NCBI RefSeq assembly: GCF_000008625.1
Contig: NC_001880.1
Location: 1-32,000 of the forward strand
Reading direction: 5' to 3'
From: Aquifex aeolicus VF5
GTDB taxonomy: Bacteria > Aquificota > Aquificia > Aquificales > Aquificaceae
DNA length: 32,000 bases
Shown here: one piece after another, positions 26,335 through 32,000 of the stretch
Layout of the letters: every line of letters begins with the position of its first letter
How positions within the stretch are numbered: position 1 is the first letter of the stretch
Program-made: the position numbers and the translations under genes
Notes under the pieces: model-generated
What the model was told of the DNA's origin: nothing
What the model saw: the letters and a program-made list of their open reading frames with translations, nothing else
The model's database searches: none

Positions 26335-28341
26335 TTATACGACTTCTACCAGTAAAGGAAAAGGTACGCCGGTTCCGCTCACAATACCTTTACCGGTAGG
26401 TAGTTTCGGAAGAATGTTCGCTATATCACTTCCAGCAAATTCTACAAAAGTGGAAACTGTATCAATGTCAGATGCATTTATAGTTCTAAACATAACCTGA
26501 GTGTTTAATTGAGAAAGGATATATTTGCTAACCTGTGCTGGTCTTTGCGTTATTACCATAAGTCCTAAATTGAATTTCCTTCCCTCGGATGCTATCTTTC
26601 TGGCAAAAGTGAGAGAAAGGTTTTCTTTTCCTGCGGAGACATCCCCGAATCCCTTTTCTGGAGCAAAATTGTGCGCCTCTTCCAGAACTAAAAATCTTTT
26701 GGAAGGTTGTTTCTTATTCCTTGTAAAAAGCTCTTCCATTATCAGTCCTGCTATGTTTATTCTCGTTTGTGGATGCGTAATATTCCGGAAGTTAAAAATA
26801 ATTACTCTCTTTTCACTTTCTAGTCCAGAATTTATTGCATCAAATACAGTTGTTTGGTTAGATAAACTATTTTCACCGTAAGTTTCTTTAAGGTAAGTGG
26901 TTATTTCTTGTATTTCCTTAGAACCCGCATTTAAACTTTCTATCAAATTAACAAGTGTTTTCTTAGATAAAGAAGTAAGTCTAAGAGAGGGTTTTATGTT
27001 CTGTGAAAGTTTTGATCTATTTTCCCTGGCCTGGTGTGAATTACCGCTTACCAGTGAAGGGTATCCTGCTTCTTTTATAAGTTCTTCCACTTCCTCTGGA
27101 AACACAGGGAAAATTGTATCTTCAAGTTCGATATGTTCTATCTAGTTTTCATCTATATAACTCTTTAAATCGTTGAAGTATTCTCCGTGAGGATCAAGTA
27201 CATAAACTTCAACTTCTTTATCGGATTCAAGTAAACTGGAAATAAACCTTTTTGTAAAATAGCTTTTTCCTGAACCGGTAGTACCTAGTACGAGCATGTG
27301 TTTACTTATCACCTCGTTTGCATCTACAAACACATCTATGTCAGAATTCTCAATCACGCCAACTTTTACAGGAACTTCCATATCTCTCCCGGAAAAATTC
27401 TTCTTGAGTATTTTCCCCAGTGTTTTTTCTGATATTTTATAAACAGGTTCTCCTACATGGAAGGGATTTCTTAATATATCTAATTTTCCATCCTTTAGTA
27501 TACCTATTACGTCCGCGGTTGCTATTTTCAGTTTATTTCCATTATTGTTGAGGTAAGCGTAAATAGCCGCCTTTTTCCATTCGTCATCTTTTCCTTTAGA
27601 AAAAATGGTTTTAAAGTCCTCTACGGGAGCAAAAACACTGGATTCCTGTGAAGTGAAGGGATTCGCAAAAAATCCCATATCGTAAGCAAAAATACTTGTT
27701 ATCTTTCCGAGCACAATACCTTCCTGTAATTTCACTTCAACGTAAGAATGTAAACCTATATCATCATTGCCTACCAGAATAAACTCAAAGGATTGAGGTT
27801 TTACAGGATTTACAGTAAATCCTAAAAGATCATCTCCAAAACTTTCGGAATACTCTTCCTTAATTTTTTCAAAGTATTCACGTAGTTTTTTAATATGTTC
27901 ATCACTGCCGTCCGATTCGTAATAAACTCCCGCTTCTATATTGCCCGTTGACATATCAGATAATCCTGCATCCGGTAAAGTTCGCCGAACCTACGACTGC
28001 CCTTTTATTATCAACGATTATGAATTTTGCATGTAGCCTGTTACACAGGTAAATTTTTCCATTTATATCTTTAATATTTCTAAATACTCTGTCATTAGTT
28101 ATGAGAAAATCCCTAAGTTCTGATGCTCTCAATATTATTTCAGGAGAAATATTTTTACTCTTTGCTATATTCAGGATTTCTTCAAATATACTCCCTTTTA
28201 TCCATGCGGATGCGATTTTTATGCTTTCCTTAGCTTCTTTTGTTATTTCTAAGATTTTCTTATATATTTCCTAGCTCGTCAGGATTTCCATATATTCTCC
28301 CTCCACTTCGGCTAATATAATATTTAATCTTATTCAGCATT
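26335..28341 (-). pseudogene. PLD-like domain fused to HerA-type ATPase; two frameshifts and one in-frame TAG
   Basis: LHAKFIIVDNKRAVVGSANFT(DAGLSDMSTGNIEAGVYYESD) then HMLVLGTTGSGKSYFTKRF, RFLVLEEAHNF, VITQRPAQVSKYILSQLNTQVMFRT; TAG at 27142-27144. Confidence 0.72.
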
Positions 28342-28404
28342 GTATCAACAGGCTATCAATGAAGTAATAAAATCTAAAGGAAATTTTCAGAGAACAAGCA
28401 AAAT

Positions 28405-28995
28405 TTATATCTTAAAAAGATAATAGTAATAAGTGAGTTGAAAGTTCTGCACTCCATGCCTACTTCTGTAAAGTAATCCATGACAAAGGATACTTAAACT
28501 GTTATTTTTGTCATTTTCCATAAATTTGCTGAGTCGTTTAATTGTCTGAGTGTATGCTGATCTTGAAATGTATAAATTAATTGATAATAAAAATTTGTTT
28601 TGGACTTCGTCAAGTTCTCTTAGTTTGCATACATCTTCCCTCAACCACGAAAAATTATTATCAATAATAGTTTTCACTTCCATAACTTCAATCACAGTTC
28701 CATCGTCTTTTTTTACAAGTGAAAAATCCGGTTGCTTGTTTGATTCTAATTTTGTTTTTGTCAGAGTTTCAGCTATACCGAGTTCTAAATTATTTGGTAA
28801 ATTTCTTATATTTCTTATAAATTTTTCTGCCAAATACGTTACCATCGCCTGTTCAAATCCGTAATCGTTCTTACGAAAATGTTTCCGATTTTCTTTCATT
28901 TTGTACAGATTTATTTGTGCAACTTCATCCAATATATGCTTAAAATAGTCAGGCAGATTTTCAAGCGCTTCACAAGTCCAACTATCAAAATACAT
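28405..28995 (-). CDS. Putative PD-(D/E)XK-type nuclease
   Basis: QPDFSLVKKDDGTVIEVMEVKTI pattern. Confidence 0.45.
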   Translation of the reverse strand: MYFDSWTCEALENLPDYFKHILDEVAQINLYKMKENRKHFRKNDYGFEQAMVTYLAEKFIRNIRNLPNNLELGIAETLTKTKLESNKQPDFSLVKKDDGTVIEVMEVKTIIDNNFSWLREDVCKLRELDEVQNKFLLSINLYISRSAYTQTIKRLSKFMENDKNNSLSILCHGLLYRSRHGVQNFQLTYYYYLFKI

Positions 28996-29078
28996 AATTC
29001 ATATAAAGATTATACGTATGAGCATCAAAAAAATATCGCTTTCAAAAAGCTGAAGCTGCGAAGGATAGAAACTAAACG

Positions 29079-29318
29079 TTAGATAACATAGTTCTGTAAA
29101 GTATTTTTCAATATCGTAAGAACTTTTTTCTCTTCCTTTGAAAGCCCTTCTAAAAATTTTTTGCCTTCGAGGAATTCCTTTATAGGAAGAAAGTAAGTTC
29201 CATCTCTTCTTTCAATTCTAATTGCTCTAACAGGTTGATCTACGATAGAAATAATTGAATTTTTTAGCTTAATCTCCTTAAAAAGAAAAGGAGTTATGCA
29301 TTTTCTACTTGACCTCAT
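29079..29318 (-). CDS. Small hypothetical protein downstream of module C HTH
   Basis: 79-aa ORF on the same strand, 11 nt gap. Confidence 0.4.
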   Translation of the reverse strand: MRSSRKCITPFLFKEIKLKNSIISIVDQPVRAIRIERRDGTYFLPIKEFLEGKKFLEGLSKEEKKVLTILKNTLQNYVI

Positions 29319-29329
29319 AGCTATTAAGT

Positions 29330-29548
29330 TTAGACGGAGAGCTCCTGAACAAGAAAATCTACCACTTCCGGTTTGAAGTAGTAGTAATTAACAAGTCCTC
29401 TTCTCTTTATCCTTACCAATTCACCGGGAATGAAGCCTCTCTTTACATAACGGATTAAAGTTCTATCGCTTATCTCTATACCTCTTTCTTTAAGTTCTCT
29501 TAGAACCTGCGTACTCGTAAGATATCCCTGAATTCTTATTGCCGGCAT
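29330..29548 (-). CDS. Small HTH protein, module C
   Basis: LTSTQVLRELKERGIEISDRTLIRYVKRGFIPGELVRIKRRGLVNYYYFKPEVVDFLVQEL. Confidence 0.85.
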   Translation of the reverse strand: MPAIRIQGYLTSTQVLRELKERGIEISDRTLIRYVKRGFIPGELVRIKRRGLVNYYYFKPEVVDFLVQELSV

Positions 29549-29605
29549 TTACATTAAGATAATAAGCTCTAAAGCCTTCCTTTTCAAGGAAAAAATAGAA
29601 TTAGA

Positions 29606-29949
29606 GTTCTCCTATATATAGGAGAACTACTTTGAGCTCGCTAAAAATCAAGTCTCAGACACACCACTTGAACTCCGGAAGTTCTCCTAGCTATAGGAGA
29701 ACCGCTACTTAACTTATTGATTTTCAAGCACTTTCTGTTTAGTTCTCCTAGAAACATTTATATCTTTTTCCATATACAAAAGCTTTTTGTTATTGGAGAA
29801 GTAATAAGTTATATAGGAGAACTCTCCTTTCAAGTTTTTGATTTTCAATATAGTTCTCCTATATATAGGAGAACTTTTGTGATTTTTTCTATTCTGTAAT
29901 GCCCGATTTTTAGTTTGGTCATAAGTGGTTCTCCTAGAACTAGGAGAAC
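29606..29949. promoter_or_regulatory. Six-site array C (consensus GTTCTCCTATATATAGGAGAAC)
   Basis: Sites start at 29606, 29681, 29742 (left half), 29801 (right half), 29853, 29928; intervals 75/61/59/52/75. Confidence 0.9.
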
Positions 29950-30008
29950 CGACAAAGCAAAAAAATAGATAAAATCGAGGAATGCGACACTAAAATAGTT
30001 TTTAGGAC

Positions 30009-30965
30009 ATGCTTGAAGTTGAAAAAAAGATAAAACAAAAGCTGGGGATAGATGAAACAGAGGTCCTGAGCTCCCTAACGAGCTACCGGAAAAAAGGCAA
30101 AACCTACTATAAAATTGTAACATACGATTCAAAAACGAAACAATCTAGGAGATACCATGTGCCCAGAATGTTCGAAGAGGAGATTTTAGCTCTCTGGAAG
30201 CAGCGGCAGAAGTACATTGAAGAAGAAAGGGAACTTGAAAGGGAAGTAAAAAGCCTCTTAAAAAAATACGGGGATGCAGAAAAGATAAAGGAAATTCTGG
30301 AAAAAGTAGCAGGAGAAAGTTTTGATAAAGCTGTTTCCTCTTACGCAATTAAGACTTACACGAATAAGGCAAAGGAACTCTTTAAGAGTTTTAAAGAAGA
30401 CCTTATAAAGCTTTACAGGGAGGGAGTTTTAAAAAGGCTTTCAGTTTTGCAGGTCCTTTACCTTCTTGCAAATTTGAAGGAGATTTCCGAAGATACGGAA
30501 AGAGGAAGTTACTTTTTCAAGAAAGGACTGAACACGATAATAAAAGTAGCAAAAAACGAACGTATCCCAAATCCTTTCGGAACACTTAAAAACGACTTTT
30601 TCCTTTCGGGAAAGCAGACCCCTTATGACTTTCTCCTTTCGAATTTTCTTGAAGAGCTTATAGGAGAAACTCTAGGAGAACTCCTTGAAAAGGAAATTGA
30701 GAAATTAGTAGCGGAAGAAAAAGCAAAAGAAATCGAGGGAAAAGTAAAGAAGTTAAAGGAAATTGTTTCATGGTTTGAAACCCTTCCCTACGAAATAAAA
30801 CAGATTGCAAAAGAAGTAATTTCTGACAATGTTCTGGATATTGCAGAAAAGTTCTACAAGGATATGAAAGAATGCAATTACTCTCTTGATGAAGCAAAAG
30901 CATTTTTAACAAGTTCTCCTAGAGATAACCTGGTGAATTACATGCAATACCTTAAGTCTATATGA
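30009..30965 (+). CDS. Coiled-coil protein of module C (318 aa)
   Basis: LKRLSVLQVLYLLANLKEISED...NPFGTLKNDFFLSGKQTPYDFLLSNFLEEL. Confidence 0.9.
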   Translation: MLEVEKKIKQKLGIDETEVLSSLTSYRKKGKTYYKIVTYDSKTKQSRRYHVPRMFEEEILALWKQRQKYIEEERELEREVKSLLKKYGDAEKIKEILEKVAGESFDKAVSSYAIKTYTNKAKELFKSFKEDLIKLYREGVLKRLSVLQVLYLLANLKEISEDTERGSYFFKKGLNTIIKVAKNERIPNPFGTLKNDFFLSGKQTPYDFLLSNFLEELIGETLGELLEKEIEKLVAEEKAKEIEGKVKKLKEIVSWFETLPYEIKQIAKEVISDNVLDIAEKFYKDMKECNYSLDEAKAFLTSSPRDNLVNYMQYLKSI

Positions 30966-30970
30966 AAGTC

Positions 30971-31174
30971 TTACGCATTCTCTGAGAGTATTTCCGTTAT
31001 AAGATCCTTCAACGTTTTCCCTTCCTTTAATGCCCTCATTTTAAGAGAAAACCACACATCATAAGGAAGCTCTATCAGAAGTTTCTTAACCTGTGGTTTT
31101 TCTTCCCCTTCTTTTATCTTTGCAGAAGCTATAAATTCCTCGGGTTTTTTTGAAGGTTTCTTCGGTATAGCCAT
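30971..31174 (-). CDS. RHH centromere-binding-like protein (ParG/ParB-like partner)
   Basis: 67 aa; VKKLLIELPYDVWFSLKMRALKEGKTLKDLITEIL; directly downstream of parA. Confidence 0.6.
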   Translation of the reverse strand: MAIPKKPSKKPEEFIASAKIKEGEEKPQVKKLLIELPYDVWFSLKMRALKEGKTLKDLITEILSENA

Positions 31175-31204
31175 TATGTAACCTCCTTTATTTAAATTAC
31201 TAAG

Positions 31205-31846
31205 TTAAGCAATATTAATTATATTACTAATTTCATTTATTAAGCTTTCAAGCTCCTCTATTGCTTTTTTATCGTTCATTTCAAGCACTCCCTTTCCTTC
31301 TTTTACAGAGTTTCTGTAAACTACTCTTGAGTGCAATCTTGAATTTAATACTCCTACGGAGTACTGCTGTGCTAATTCTCTCAGGGTTTCCTCAGCTTCT
31401 TTCACGATGTTAGACTTTATTACTTGATTAAACAGTATATAAGCCGGGATATCTGCAAAGGTCCTTGCTTCTTGCAGAACCTTCAGGGTATCTTCTGTTG
31501 CCCATACATCGTAAACACTTGGGAGAACAGGTATTATCAAAGCTCCGTTTGATGCTGCAAGAATCGCGCTTCTGAAAACTGCACTATCTCTTCCCCCTAC
31601 GTCGATAACTACAACATCAAAATTTTCAAAACCCTTAATGTCTTTGTGAATTGTGGGCTTTGTAATACCTATTGCTTTAATGTCGTCTTTTTCCCTGAGT
31701 GCCCTGAAGTTCAAACTACTTTCCTGGATATCCGCATCAATAAGTAGAACACTTTTTCCTCTGAGAGAATATCCTACGGCTAAATTACACGCAACAGTAC
31801 TTTTCCCTACTCCTCCCTTCTGATTACCTACCACGATTACTTTCAT
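31205..31846 (-). CDS. parA: ParA-family partition ATPase
   Basis: KVIVVGNQKGGVGKSTVACNLAVGYSLRGKSVLLIDADIQ deviant Walker A; FDVVVIDVGG. Confidence 0.95.
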   Translation of the reverse strand: MKVIVVGNQKGGVGKSTVACNLAVGYSLRGKSVLLIDADIQESSLNFRALREKDDIKAIGITKPTIHKDIKGFENFDVVVIDVGGRDSAVFRSAILAASNGALIIPVLPSVYDVWATEDTLKVLQEARTFADIPAYILFNQVIKSNIVKEAEETLRELAQQYSVGVLNSRLHSRVVYRNSVKEGKGVLEMNDKKAIEELESLINEISNIINIA

Positions 31847-31879
31847 AATGTTATTTATTTTAGCAATATTTATTAGATA

Positions 31880-31891
31880 AGTTAGCTAACT
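31880..31891. repeat. 12-bp palindrome AGTTAGCTAACT upstream of parA
   Basis: Read directly; AT-rich DNA with nearby TTAGATAAG / CTTATCTAAC elements. Confidence 0.5.
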
Positions 31892-32000
31892 AAAACTGAT
31901 TTCAATATTTGATTATATAGATATGCCGCTTTCTATCTTTGCTTATCTAACTTATGTTGTTTAACTAATAATGATAACTTTTATTACAAAGTTTACTAAC

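Noticed and set aside
2233-27144. Amber (TAG) readthrough or recoding because several ORFs are broken by one TAG
   Set aside because: TAG is a normal stop in intact genes here (e.g. 4111..5064, 7395..7979), and other genes are broken by frameshifts or TAA.
25178-27145. Plus-strand ORFs 25178..25384, 26525..26881 and 26897..27145
   Set aside because: Antisense to clear P-loop and HerA coding sequence.

Overview
AT-rich accessory, plasmid-like region. The host is probably a thermophilic bacterium of the Aquificales type; that is inferred from composition and protein style and was not tested. It carries a tyrosine recombinase, a ParA + ribbon-helix-helix (RHH) partition pair, an ScpA-like gene, a RecA/RepA-like ATPase, many toxin-antitoxin loci or remnants, a small orphan CRISPR array, a TnpB element, and many decayed genes. 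The strongest candidate for an undescribed system is a module present three times (about 3.45-5.06 kb, 8.07-9.74 kb, 29.33-30.97 kb). Each copy has (i) a ~72-aa HTH protein ending in a YYFKPE-V(D/E)(F/Y)L motif, (ii) an ordered array of six regularly spaced 22-23 bp operator-like sites, and (iii) a 317-318 aa charged/coiled-coil protein with the core NPFGTLKNDFFL(S/P)(G/K)-(Q/E)TPYDFLL. In all three copies the array order is full palindrome, full palindrome, left half-site, right half-site, full palindrome, full palindrome, and each copy has its own palindrome sequence. This looks like three orthogonal copies of one replication, partition or incompatibility-type locus. Other notable items are a TnpB-less copy of the putative omega-RNA/right-end block at ~15.3-15.6 kb, a family of tiny overlapping membrane-protein genes in four clusters, and a decayed PLD-HerA fusion next to a PLD-P-loop ATPase fusion. 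An 11-mer (TTGAAAATCAA) also recurs in intergenic DNA, and a GCCAAGTTAAGG repeat borders gene fragments.
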